A stretch of 62,005 nucleotides of DNA, filler included, from Sluysia triapertura (lineage: Eukaryota): assembly GCA_046118255.1 (NCBI GenBank). It is 5 parts of 5 records of this genome, joined end to end, with 100 filler letters (N's around TTAATTAATTAA, not from the genome) between each part and the next. Parts side by side here need not be neighbours in the genome. Positions count along the whole stretch, not along the records: positions 38,001 to 50,336 come from JBJNIA010118417.1; positions 50,437 to 62,005 come from JBJNIA010183302.1; 3 more parts are not named here. One strand, given 5' to 3'. The notes under the pieces are model-generated. The model saw nothing but the letters and a program-made list of their open reading frames with translations. It had not been told where the DNA came from and did no database searches. Within the stretch, counting starts at the first letter, position 1. Every line of letters begins with the position of its first letter. Shown here one piece after another: positions 41,021 through 52,932 of the stretch. The position numbers were made by a program, and so were the translations under genes.

Positions 41021-41597
41021 CTCGATTCAGGATACAATTCTCAGACCTTTATATAACTCGTTCATATTGCCTTGTTTTAAGTGGTTATTGTTTTACACAG
41101 GATCCAATAAAAATGATTCGTTGTATTAGGACATCATGTTGTATGGGTGTTTGGTATTTAATAGTTTTCTATATATTAATTTTACGTGAGCCAATATTTT
41201 GTTTACTTTATTTTCAATATATGTATGACATGATATTTCCACCTTACATTATTATTTTATAATAATAATAATCATTATTATTATTGTTGAATAAATTAAA
41301 ATAAACATTGTATTTAATCCATTGCATCAGATTTTTATAAAACATCACTGAAAAAATCTTAATGACAAATGACAAATGTCTCATTCCAGTTTGGAACAGT
41401 GCATATGTTTTTGTTTACGTTACACAATAAGTGCATTGTTGAATCCGTACTGAATTGATTGTAAGTACGTAAACAAACACAATTTACATTCATTGTTTTC
41501 GTATTGATTAATTTTATCAATGATAATAATAAAAATAATAGAAACAATATTAACAATTATATTAGTAGTATTGATACTTACATTACCACAACAATAA

Positions 41598-41598
<1 letters not shown>

Positions 41599-41664
<66 letters not shown>
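41599..41664 (+). repeat. (ATT)n tract running into the splice acceptor
   Basis: About 21 ATT units followed by TCAG and the exon. Confidence 0.95.
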
Positions 41665-41668
41665 TCAG

Positions 41669-41821
41669 GGCTTGCTCACAGTAGTTTGTCTTCTTACTGG
41701 TTGCTGTTTTTGTTATTGTTGCTTTTGTTTATGTTGCTACAATTTTTGTTGTGGCATTTGTGCTCCCAAAGGATATGCTGAAGATCATCAGTTTGAAGAA
41801 CGCGAAAGTTTACTGCACAAT
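41669..41821 (+). CDS. DNAJC5: Cysteine string protein, cysteine-string exon
   Basis: tttcag|GLLTVVCLLTGCCFCYCCFCLCCYNFCCGICAPKGYAEDHQFEERESLLHN|gtttg, phase 0-0. Confidence 0.93.
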
Positions 41822-42245
41822 GTTTGCTTTTTATTTATTTAGTATTATAAAATAAATATGATGAAGAATTTCAAATCAATCGAAACTTGAAAAACATCTT
41901 ATAATATAATCAATAAATTAAACAATATATAATTTATTAAGTATGGATGTCCAAATTGTCATTGTTTGTATGAAAGTAATTTCTGAATGTAAATATACGA
42001 AAAGAAATATCCCTTTTATTATTATTACTATATTAAGATTGTATATAATCATATTAAAGTGATATTTACAAGCTGAGCATGTACATGTACATTCAATTTT
42101 GGTTATTATTTTAAGTAATAATTAAAAATCAAGCATATTTTAGAAATCACACATGTTAAATATGTATACTGAATTGCTAAATACAACACCAATTAATTCA
42201 CACGACTTTAGGTTTAATATTTTGTGTAATTATGATAATTATTAA

Positions 42246-43897
42246 CATTTTGAGTCCCGAATTAATTTATTTTCATGAAATTCGACATAATGAAGAAAAA
42301 GTTCTAAAATAATTAATTGGTTCACGTGTGTATGTGTGTGTTTCTCTTAGGAAAAGGAAAAAGTGTGATCTTTACAAAAAAATTTATTCCTGCAGAACTG
42401 CTAAAGCTTTTTGCATTCTGATTTTTGGGTGAAGATTTATTCATGAGAAAATGAGTTTTTATTTTGTAAGTTGTAAGTCTAATCAAATACCGAAAGACGA
42501 TTATCTATTAATTGATTGAATTATTCATTAACATTCATTAACAAAATTTCTTTTTAATTCAATATTGCAAATTTATGTGAAAAATACAAAACAATCTGGA
42601 ACACAGAGTAGTACATTGCAGTCAGAGGACATGAAATACGTTCTTGTCTTTTTTTGTGTGAACCCGTAACGTAACAATATTTTCTTGAGCGTGGAAAAGT
42701 ATTCTGGTCTTGTGGGATCGAATCTGGAAAATGCCTGCTTGGTAAACGAAGTACCTGGTGGTCTGCCAAACTTTCTATTACCAGATACACATATCGATGA
42801 AATGAAAGAACTGTTGGCGAAAATGACATTTGCAAATCGATCTCGTCACGGAAGAATATATATTTCGGTTTCTGAATCGGGCAATTTGAGGATTGATCGA
42901 TTTTAATGATGTCAAGGAAAAATGGTATCATAAATTGATGATAACATGTACATATCGCGTTTGTTTTTCCATTTATTTGCAAGAACAATGCCATTTCCGT
43001 CACCTTTCTTTAATTTTCTTTGTCTTTTTTCATGCATTAGCTCAAACAATGAAGAACTACAGTACCAGTTACCACAGTAAAAGTTATTCCTCTGGTTTAA
43101 ATACGGCTGGTGCAATGTCATCATGACCGATTCGCTTAAACCAACATCAAATTTTAAATCAATATTAATTTCTGCGCCAAGAATCGCTTTAGTTTTACAA
43201 TTAACCAACTCGAAAAGTTTAATACCGAAGCGAATTCGTGTGGAAAGAATAAATTGTTCGAACGATAGGCGGCCTTTCCATGGAATTAAACTTTCATCAA
43301 TGCACAAATTCTATCCTGGTGTTATGAATGTTGAAAACCTGGAACGAATTATTTCAATTACTTTCCTCATTTTTATCAATTTATCGCAAGAATCGAAGTT
43401 ATTATTGGAGAAATGCAAATAAGCCAGAATGTCTTGAAAGTTATTGCGAGAGAAAACTTGGCTGAATAATGGTGCAATTATCAAATTATTAATCTTTGAT
43501 TGAACACTTGTGTATAGTCGACTGGAATCTGAAGAATTCTGATGTTAACTTTTTCCATCATGTAAATCTATCTGCTCGGTCGTGGATGTTGATTATAATA
43601 AATATTGGTTTGATCCGTCACAATTTCTGAAAGTTCATCGTCAAAAAAAACCAATTTCACTAATTCAAATGAATGTCGCTTGTACTTAACTAAGTATTTT
43701 CGTATTCATCAGCTGATGATAAGTCTGAATCATCATGTTCATTAGATATTATTTTTGAAAATGAAAATTTTTCCTTACATTTTTTGTAGATTTTATAGAT
43801 TTTTTTAGATTTTACTGTTATGTTCTTTCAAAAATTCCGTATTGTTCAAAAGCTATTTTATTTTGACCGTATATATGGCTCTCCGAGACTGAAGAGG
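42246..43897 (-). mobile_element. Defective piggyBac element (internally deleted, frameshifted transposase) in a DNAJC5 intron
   Basis: CIDESLIPWKGRLSFEQFILSTRIRFGIKLFELV (first catalytic D), YCGNWYCS (second D mutated), RLPSRHFPDSIP and a C-terminal CxxC domain. Ends TTAA-CCTCTTCAGTCTCGG (43901 side) and TTAA-CATTTTGAGTCCCG (42242 side). Confidence 0.9.
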
Positions 43898-44102
43898 TTA
43901 ATAAATATTTAAATCTAATATTTTGTTTATATTTTGAATATATAATTGATTTGTAGTGGAATTATAAACAATATTGAGGTGTGCTTAAAGAGTGCTAACT
44001 AAAAACTTGTAAAATTGATTATGGATGATTGTTATAATATCGATCGAACATCTGACTGCACATTTCGAAGAAAATGTAAATAACTGGAAATGTCCCTACA
44101 GA

Positions 44103-44340
44103 AAGAGTTCTCGGGTTCGATTCTAGGTCAGTCCATTTTATGAAGTCTAACATTTGGTGAGGCCACATATCCAATACCCTTCTGATGTTGAATTAAGTGA
44201 TTTACAAGATGTTTGAGGTCAAAAATAATTGAATTGGGTGAGATATGTTGGAATACAGGCCTAAAGTGCCACGGAATAATGATTGTATCATTGACTAAAA
44301 TAAAACAAAAATTGTTAGACGGGGCTGAGAGCCCGCATCG
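44103..44340 (+). mobile_element. tRNA-LTR TRIM: partial 5' LTR, PBS, 160-bp internal region, start of 3' LTR
   Basis: ...GGTTCGATTCTAGGTCAGTCCATTTTATGAAGTCTAACA|ttTGGTGAGGCCAC (PBS-like)...AAAATAAAACAAAAAT|TGTTAGACGGGGCTGAGAGC. Confidence 0.82.
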
Positions 44341-44820
44341 GCACTACCTTCGATAGACTACAGGAAATTGTCGACGAAGTTGTCCAAAATGCCAAATCTG
44401 CCAACCTCATATTCCGACCTACGAAATCCTTCTACCACAACAACATCCAGACTCAAGATACTCCCAACTAATCGAAAATAGTCCGATTCCCCGTGTCACC
44501 AACGAAAATCAAGCACTGTACCTTGGTGACTATAAACGGCAAAACGAGAACATCAAATACACCGAATTAATCTCGAAGTCTAAACTGAGTGCCCGGAATA
44601 AGTCTATCATGTGCCGGAATTTTGTGCGATCCAGACTTACATTCTACCTGAGGAACCTGAACATTAATATGCAATCCCCATCCTAAAAGCACATCCCAAT
44701 CAGCGAGGTACGACGAAAATAATAAAGAACTGCTGAAAATGTACCTCGATCTCAAAAAGTACCGCTGAACAGGAGTTTCTTTCTGGCACACTGGAACCAT
44801 GGAGGACTCAGCCTGAACTC
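44335..44820 (+). mobile_element. Non-LTR retrotransposon RT fragment (R2/NeSL/Utopia-like clade)
   Basis: GC-richer island translating as IGTTFDRLQEIVDEVVQNAKSANLIFRPTKS...IPRVTNENQALYLG...ISKSKLSARNKSIMCRNFVRSRLTFYLR, i.e. post-YADD RT motifs and thumb; disrupted. Confidence 0.65.
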
Positions 44821-46115
44821 AGCATATGACAACTACATGTGCGTTATACGGATAGCCAATAGCCGGATGAACCAGCTCTCATATGGTTCAATGGAAGTCC
44901 TACGGATAAGCGCGCTAGGTTGCATTATTGTGCTACCTCCTAATCGGTTAAATAGTGTAACTGGGATTTTGCATTATAGTTCATCTACAACTATCGAACA
45001 CTTGAAGAAAAAAGTTAATTGTCAAACTGGAATAATCAAAAAACAAATTTAATTAAGAAATATTTAAATAAGTCTATTCTTCAACAATACTTGCCTGGAA
45101 AACATCTTCAAAAATTTATTCTGACTATTATAACTGCCAAATAACCTTTAGAAACTTACTTAAAATTAATCCTGATGGAAAAGTTGTATTTTTTACTGTA
45201 ACGCTTATGAAATTCTAGTATAAAAATGATAAATTTACAAAATGTTTACAAAATGTTTACAAAATGTTTAAAAACGGCGGTAGTCAATAGGCGATCTGAT
45301 GAAGTGCTTCGGGAACGGGTGTCGCTTATCTATGTTATGGTTTCATTTAGACGTGCGAGACAGAAATTCACGCAATTGGTTACTATTTGGTCTAATTATA
45401 AAGAATTATTTCCATTTTTTACCTAAAATATGTAGTGAGAAAATTTCAAATTTGAATAAGTTCAACTTATGGTAGAAGGTAGAAGCATAAATATGAGTTA
45501 TAGAAATAAGTCGAATTTCTATTGCGTAACAAAAATAATCAAGTTAGGAGTTAGTTTTATGAAGTTTTACTGTACAATTTCTACTAGGAGGTTAAAATGA
45601 AAGATTTTGCGCAAAACTTAAATTGAAAGTTTCATTTTACACCAAAAAGAGACAGCTTCAAATTGCAAGAAGATCAACTTACAGAAGGATAATGTATTTA
45701 GTTCTAAATGCAACAAGAAGAATGCTAAAATATTCTAAAACAAAATAAATAATTTTTGTTTTTTTTGCGTATTAACGGCTTGCCTATTAAATATATACCG
45801 TAGTTAAATGGCTAAATAGCAATACAAAAACAGCTTCGAAATAAACATCCTAAAATAAAAATGGAACGCAATGAATATAGATATGAACTCGCCACAGTTA
45901 ATTAGCGAACAAACTAATAAAGAAATAAATGCTTACAAACACAAACCAATTTATAACTGTAAAACAGCTAATTATAATAATTTCAAAAATTCCCCAGTAA
46001 TTACTAATTGATGCGAGCTTTTTAAAAACAATACGTTTCGTCATTATTGACAATCGAATACTGAAGTATTAAAAATTATTTTCTAAAAGCTTTGTATTAA
46101 CATTTTTATATTTAG

Positions 46116-46184
46116 AAGTCATCATCTGAAAAATCCGAAAGTGTGACCATAATTGTTGATGAACAACCTGGTTTAAATCAATGA
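46116..46184 (+). CDS. DNAJC5: Cysteine string protein, probable terminal exon
   Basis: tttag|KSSSEKSESVTIIVDEQPGLNQ*(TGA), phase 0; IIVDEQP resembles the CSP PIVIQP motif. Confidence 0.65.
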   Translation, partial: KSSSEKSESVTIIVDEQPGLNQ

Positions 46185-46353
46185 AACTGTGATTTGTACG
46201 ATGTACATATGGTACCAGTTAAATAATCTTTTATCATATCAGATTCTTTTTTTGGATACACCTTTTAACATTTATTAATGAAGAAATTCTTTATTTTGTT
46301 GTACCGTTTAATTTCCAAAAAACAAATTAATTTTTATTTTATAAACCTAAAGA

Positions 46354-46485
46354 CCTAAAGTGCCATAGAATTATGATAGTAAATTGACTATAATAAAATA
46401 AAATTGTTAGACGAGGCTGATAGCTCAGTGAAACGAGAGGTGCCGGGTTCCAAATCTCGGTCAGTCCATTTATTGAAGTCCGACA
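46354..46485 (+). mobile_element. tRNA-LTR TRIM, end of internal region plus 3' LTR with internal deletion
   Basis: CCTAAAGTGCCATAGAATTATGATAGTAAATTGACTATAATAAAATAAAAT|TGTTAGACGAGGCTGATAGCTCAGTG...GGTCAGTCCATTTATTGAAGTCCGACA. Confidence 0.8.
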
Positions 46486-46695
46486 GATATATATATTACA
46501 CAATTTTTCTTTGCGCATGTTCGAAAATTGTGCCACGAAGTAGTTTTTCTTGTAAAAGAGTTCAAAATTAGTCAAAAATGTAATATATTAAAAATGAAAG
46601 CAATATATCATCATTTAATTGGAGGAATTTATTCTTGATTTCACTGAATCACAAGTAGTGCCTTGATTTACGATTGATTGTCGTTTCATGCTTAA

Positions 46696-46766
46696 CCCTT
46701 TCCGTACGATCGGTACACGTTTGTACGAATTACAACCATAAGTCATTGAATGCCCTCGCGAAAGGG
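46696..46766. mobile_element. Tiny piggyBac remnant (71 bp)
   Basis: TTAA-CCCTTTCCG...CGCGAAAGGG-TTAG (right target site mutated). Confidence 0.6.
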
Positions 46767-48329
46767 TTAGATACGCAATATTTAAATAATTAATCAGAAT
46801 AGACCATAATGAAGATTTAATATCTCGATTCATTGCCACTTTTTGCATTCTTATTTATTTCAAAGTAAATTACTTTAAATATCGACCTGTTATACTTAAG
46901 TTATTTTACTAAAAAACAAAATTTAATACATTATTGTAAATAATAGCAATCATCATAGTTTACTTTTATTTATATTTAGTAATATATAAAGTTGGTATTA
47001 AATCGACATGTGACTGTATTAGGTATTGTAAGTATAACTTCGGATTTATAAATCTGGTCAAAACAGAACCAGAATATTGAATATGAAGCATTTTTGAAAT
47101 ATCGATATATTTCAAAGGCAATCGACTAGGGTGTTAGAGTTTTTTGTTCATTACGAAGCAAAAGTGTACAACTGTTTTCATAACTAGATATACACTAGTT
47201 ACACAGCAAAATTAAAAGCAGCTTTATTATGATTGAAACTTATGTTTATCTATCAAATGTAGAGATTAAATAATACAAAATGCCATCTTTGAAACAAATT
47301 GTTCAATAATTTTAATACATTTATGAAAAGTTTAGAAATGTCAAGTCCTCTAAACAGAATGTAATAATATTTGCGAAATAATAAAATATTGGTAATATTA
47401 AAATAGTAATAGTAATAATTTGTGATATAATTACTATTACTCCGAATGTTTAAGCACAAGAAATTTCTATAGGTACACACATTTAATAAATAAAAAGTAT
47501 AGAAAGAATAAAGAGAAACACATTATAGAATATTTTTATTTGAATTAGCAACTTAGTTGGATTTGTAGTTGATAATTTGTACATTCAATTGACAAACTCA
47601 AGATATTTTTAACAATTGATTGATTTTAAACATTTATTGAATTTATCAATGCAACAAGTTTTCTTTGTTCCCATCTCATTTAGTCGTGATTAATTTGCCG
47701 CTATAAATTATTCGGTTGGAAATCATAACTTCCAGTGATGTTGCTTGATTCTCTGTTTTATAAAAGCCGTAAGTTTATAAATTAGTAAGAGATTTATGTT
47801 GTTTAACATGTTATGTTATGTGCTGTTTAGTGCCAAAACAAAATAAAATAATAATAACAAAATGAAGTGATGCTATTATTAAATGTTACTAATTTAGAAT
47901 AATTCACTGCGCCAGGACACCATATTATAATTATAATAAGACGAAATAAAAAAATTAAATAAAATATAATAAAAAATAATTACCACAATGGATCTGAAAT
48001 AATGTCTAAATAAATGTAAACTTACGAATAGTATAAAAGGACGCATTTTGGAATAAAGGGAAAATATTTATTCGAATGATAAAATATATCAATGATGATA
48101 AATGGTTATATAGTGGTTTGAAATTGGGGAAAGTTGCAAATTACAATATTGAAACTCATATGAACAAGGTTACAAATAAAAATAAAATACAGCTAGAAAT
48201 AAATGATGTAAGTAAGAAATACAGATTACAAATAAAAAATTAACAAAGAAACAAAAAGTACTGCTATATGATACTATTTATCGATATCCGTTAATAATAA
48301 CAAAAATAAATATCACATTGACGACTTTG

Positions 48330-49238
48330 TTATAATCAAATACGAAATACAACTAATAGAAGATAAAGTTATACGAAAGAAACCATATAGGATACCGATA
48401 TATAATCAAAAGGAAATGTAAGATCCAATAGAAACAATGAAAAAGGTAGAAATAATAAGGTTAAGTTTTTCTCCGTTCTCCGTACCTATGTTATTAGTTA
48501 AGAAAAAGGATGCAATTTTGCATAGACTTTAGAAGAATAATTGAAATAACAAGAAAAGGTGTTTTTCCACAATCGCGAATACATTAAATGTAAAAAAATT
48601 TGGACCGCTACATATATTACTACACTTGATCTACAAAGTGGCTATTGGCAAATTGACATCGCTGAAAAATATGAACATAAATCAGCATTCACCTGCGCAA
48701 ATGAGTTCTGTAAGTGCAAATTATGCCATTCGGTCTAAATGGTGCACCGGCAACCTTTCAACGTTGCATGAATTTTGTACTATCATGATGTAAGAATATT
48801 ATGGTATATAGAGACGATATAATCTTCTCTAAAGATTTCAAAACCCATATAAAAGATATCGATATTAATTTCAAAAAGGTTAGAGGGTGCTAAATTAAAA
48901 AATAAAACCCACAAAATGCGTTTGGACATATCGTATCGAATGGCGGTATTAAGCCAAACCCAATAAATACAGAAAAAGTAGCCGAATTTCCTCAACCAGA
49001 AAATGTAAACGTTCAGAGTTTTTTAGGTCTTGCAAATTATTGTGGAAGATTTGTCAAAGATTTTGCTAAAATAGCACATCCATTAAGAAAATTGACTAAG
49101 AAAGACGTAGAATTCAAATGTACCGACGAACAAACTAAAGCATATTTAAAAGAAAGACTCACAATGCACCTATACTCATCTTTCCAGATGTTAATAAACC
49201 TTTTATACTAACGACTGGCGCGAGTAATTATGCTATTT
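48330..49238 (+). mobile_element. Ty3/Gypsy pol remnant (RT and start of RNase H)
   Basis: KKPYRIP, SPFSVPMLLVKKKD, FCIDFRR, TTLDLQSGYWQI, MPFGLNGAPATFQRCM, VYRDDII, VQSFLGLANYCGRFVKDFAKIAHPL, KPFILTTGASNYAI; many frameshifts. Confidence 0.93.
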
Positions 49239-50336
49239 ATATCTTAAAATGTTATTTAGCAATTTCTTTAAATATAGTTTATATTGTGTTTAATACAATT
49301 TATCATTTTATTTAGTTTTCTTTATCATAATTTTGTTTATCATAAAATAAAAAATTAACTAAACGGAAAAATAATAATGGTAAAATAAGTGAAATAAGAT
49401 TAAATCGAATATTTTATTTTTCAGTAAAATGGGCTTCACGGTAAAATTAACTGTAGAAAAAACTTATTATTGATGAATTATTATAGGGAAACATTCGGGA
49501 ATTTTTTGGCTTTCTCGATGGTCTATAAATGTCTTTGGAACTCCTGGGTATTTATTAATTCTCAAGATGATCATGGATGCTTTCATCTTCATCATTCTCA
49601 CATCAAATATGTTTTATGATGCTCTGCCCATCATTTTGTATTAATTCTTCCTGCATATCTCAATTCCACATATATCAGTCCCAACATTTTTACAATTAAT
49701 TAATTCACAATGTACTTCATGTTAGGTTATCTTCACGACTCTTTAAACTCTTCAAAAGTACAAAAATAATGTTAATTTTCGAAAAAGAAAATAACATTTC
49801 CTAAAAACGAAATAGAATATTCTAGAATTTTCGAGAAATTCCATTGATTTTGATCGGCTGATGACTCTAGGAGTTAAAACCTTAAACTACAGTAAAAATC
49901 AATTTTAATTAAACCTTCTAATCTCCAATTTACTTAGGGTTAAAATAATTTCTAAAATACTTTATATTTATAAAAATTAAAAACCTTTTTAATTTAAATT
50001 GTTTTATTTTTATTTCTTTGCAAGTGTTTTTCTATTAAAAGCTTGAACTTATTCACTGTAAATTATCTGAGAAGTCGGTCCGCCTAATATATACGATTTA
50101 TACCACCAATGGAGACCTACTATTAGGTTTTCTTAATTAAATTAAACTTAACTAGCTTTCTACTTATAATCACTTTAATTTATGCTACAACCCTTTACTA
50201 GGTGTTGTTTAATGAAATTTATATTTTACAAATTACGTAACCCGTATTAAGGTGTTGCTTTTTGAAAAATGAATTTTAAATTAATTATACGAAATAAAAT
50301 CACTTAAACTCCTTAATGTATATTAACGACAATGAA

Positions 50337-50436
50337 NNNNNNNNNNNNNNNNNNNNNNNNNNNNNNNNNNNNNNNNNNNNTTAATTAATTAANNNNNNNN
50401 NNNNNNNNNNNNNNNNNNNNNNNNNNNNNNNNNNNN
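50337..50436. other. Assembly gap with linker
   Basis: N-run with TTAATTAATTAA. Confidence 0.98.
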
Positions 50437-52932
50437 ATTTTTACATTTATTTATTTATTTTCTATATTGCAATTTACACCCGTCCTAATTTTATTCTATA
50501 ATATAGCTATATTTATATCAGTCTTACTGTTAATTCATGTTTTATTCCACTTCTATGATGTTTTTGCTTATTGTGTGCAGCTCTTGGATAATTAAGTATG
50601 ATGAGCTCTATTCTTCCTTATTATTTTTGAGTGTATTTATGAAATGTTTCTTTTCCATTTTCAAATTTCTAAATTTTTCTTGATTTTTTTGAGTTATTAA
50701 ATAAAATTTTATTTATTTCATTAAATATTGATCTAAAAATAAGTCAAGAAATAAGTGATTAATAATCGTTTAATCCTTAAATAAGTCGTTTAATGCTTTA
50801 AGTTTATTAAGTGTTTTAGCAAAATTATTTCAAATCCTAAGGTTGTTTGGTCAACCCAATCAATTTCGTAGAAAATACACCTTTTGAAGAGATTTTTCCA
50901 ATCAATACAATAAATAATGATGTGGATGCAGATATAGATGTAAAAACTGATTGAAAAGTATAAAAAATGATGCATCAAGTTTTGGACATAGTAATGTCGA
51001 CTATGGAGAAACTTATACAGTGGATTTTGAAAATATGCTTACAGTCGTTAAATTTTATTAAAAACGTAGGATATCTTAATAAGAAAATGAACAATGGAAT
51101 AGGTGCGGAATATTTTAATGAATACTATTCTTTCTTCACATTATTATTTGTATCTGAATTCGATATAAATCCAAACAATTAAATTTAGAAAAGGATTGAT
51201 AGTACCAACTCGATAATGAAATATAAGTAACTTTGGAGATTTATGCCTTTTGTGCTTGCATTATCAATAATTTATCTAGTTTTAATCTAGTATGTCTTAA
51301 TATGGTACTTTCTTTGTATAAACAAAGATGTGTCGGGTGACAATTACAAAGTTAATTATATAGAAAGTTTTATTATTAATGAAAGCGAATTATTAATTAA
51401 TAATAAATATTATGATAATATTAATAATAATAATATTGATAATAATAAATATTACAAGATAAAATTAGTACTTATGGATTTTTACCTAAACCTTGAAGCA
51501 AAATACTTTTAATTTAGAGGGTTCCGCTTACAATTCAGTATGCGAGTCTCTAATTTGAAATTTAACGGATCGTCTGTATGTGTGCTCAATAATCTTCTCA
51601 ATAAATGGAAACCTTAAATTTCATGCTTAATATGTAATTTACAAATAAATTAAAAAATTATAATTCCAACTAATTATAAACAAATTAAACAATGAAATTA
51701 ATATTTAAAGTACCAATTAACAAATTTATCTTCAACACAACTAAATAAAAAACCAATAAAAATTCAAATCAAACAACAATAAATATCGTACTACTAAAAC
51801 GCAGTAGAAATTTTTATTAGTTGTAGTTCATTTTATGGTTCTATATTAGTGAACCGAATCTTAATAATAGCAACAAATTATTAAAAATTTAGGACAAATT
51901 CCACTAAATTTCAATAGATTAATTTTCTCTCTCTCTCTCTCTGTCTTACCTCTTAATTTACTTATTCTATCTCTTTTGCCTTTATTAAAATGAAAAATTA
52001 ACTGTTCAAAAATAAAATTTAGTTAGAAATGTGTTGAATTAGTATTTATAAATACTGAATTTTTTAAGCTAACATTGTTATTATTATTATTATTATTAAT
52101 GTTATTATTTTATGATTATTATTATAGCATCTTTATTATTATTACTGTAATGACAACCTAACAGTATCACTTCTTTGTACAATCATTCAGTTCTCAAACA
52201 ATGCATTGCAGCTTGATTTTTGAGTCGAATTCTGACACTATTTATAGCGAGATATGTCATAATAGACTGCGGTGAATCAAAGTGAAACAAGAAACACACT
52301 CTCTATGATGAAGAATTATGACACCGATTGTGGAGTTAAACTGTGAGACAATTTATATTGCATTAGATTGTAAGAAATATAAATTTAAGTTTGATAAGCT
52401 TTTAAACACGTTAAATCGAGAGTTAAGTAATAAGGAATGACTAAAATAATTAAATTTTAATTAAGATTTTCCCTTTTTATATTCACGAGTTAAAATAACA
52501 TAAGATCTTAGTTTCCATTGATTCGTTTAATTCGTTTAATAATTACAGACTTTAGCCTACTCATCCAAGTTAAGGCTAAAAGCACCTATATAAACAAATA
52601 TTTTTTCCAATAATATGAAATCTCACAAATTTGAGATACCTTTGAAAGTGCTTCTTCGATATTAGAAATCATTTACCACTGAATTAAAACTTCTAAAACT
52701 CTGCAATTTTAAAAAATAATTCAGCTCGATTAAGTTTTAACAAACATCAAAAGGTCTTCAAATAGCTAATTTGATTTTGGATTTTTCTTGATACTGTTGA
52801 TTGATTTGTACTTATGATACTCCAAATTTTATTTCATTTTTTGTAAAATTGATTACAATGAATTTTTATATTACTTTAAAAGAAAACATTAAGTTTTTAA
52901 ATTGGTACATTTTATTTATTGAATTGTTTTAA

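Noticed and set aside
41359-41556. Antisense small Cys-rich secreted peptide
   Set aside because: It starts at TTG, the hydrophobic leader derives from low-complexity AAT-rich DNA, and there is no supporting motif.
41504-41842. 108-135 aa ORF-track entries with poly-Leu/Ile/Tyr runs or low complexity (also 13839, 18580, 2389)
   Set aside because: Read-through of (ATT)n intron tracts or AT-rich noise; only the embedded exons are real.
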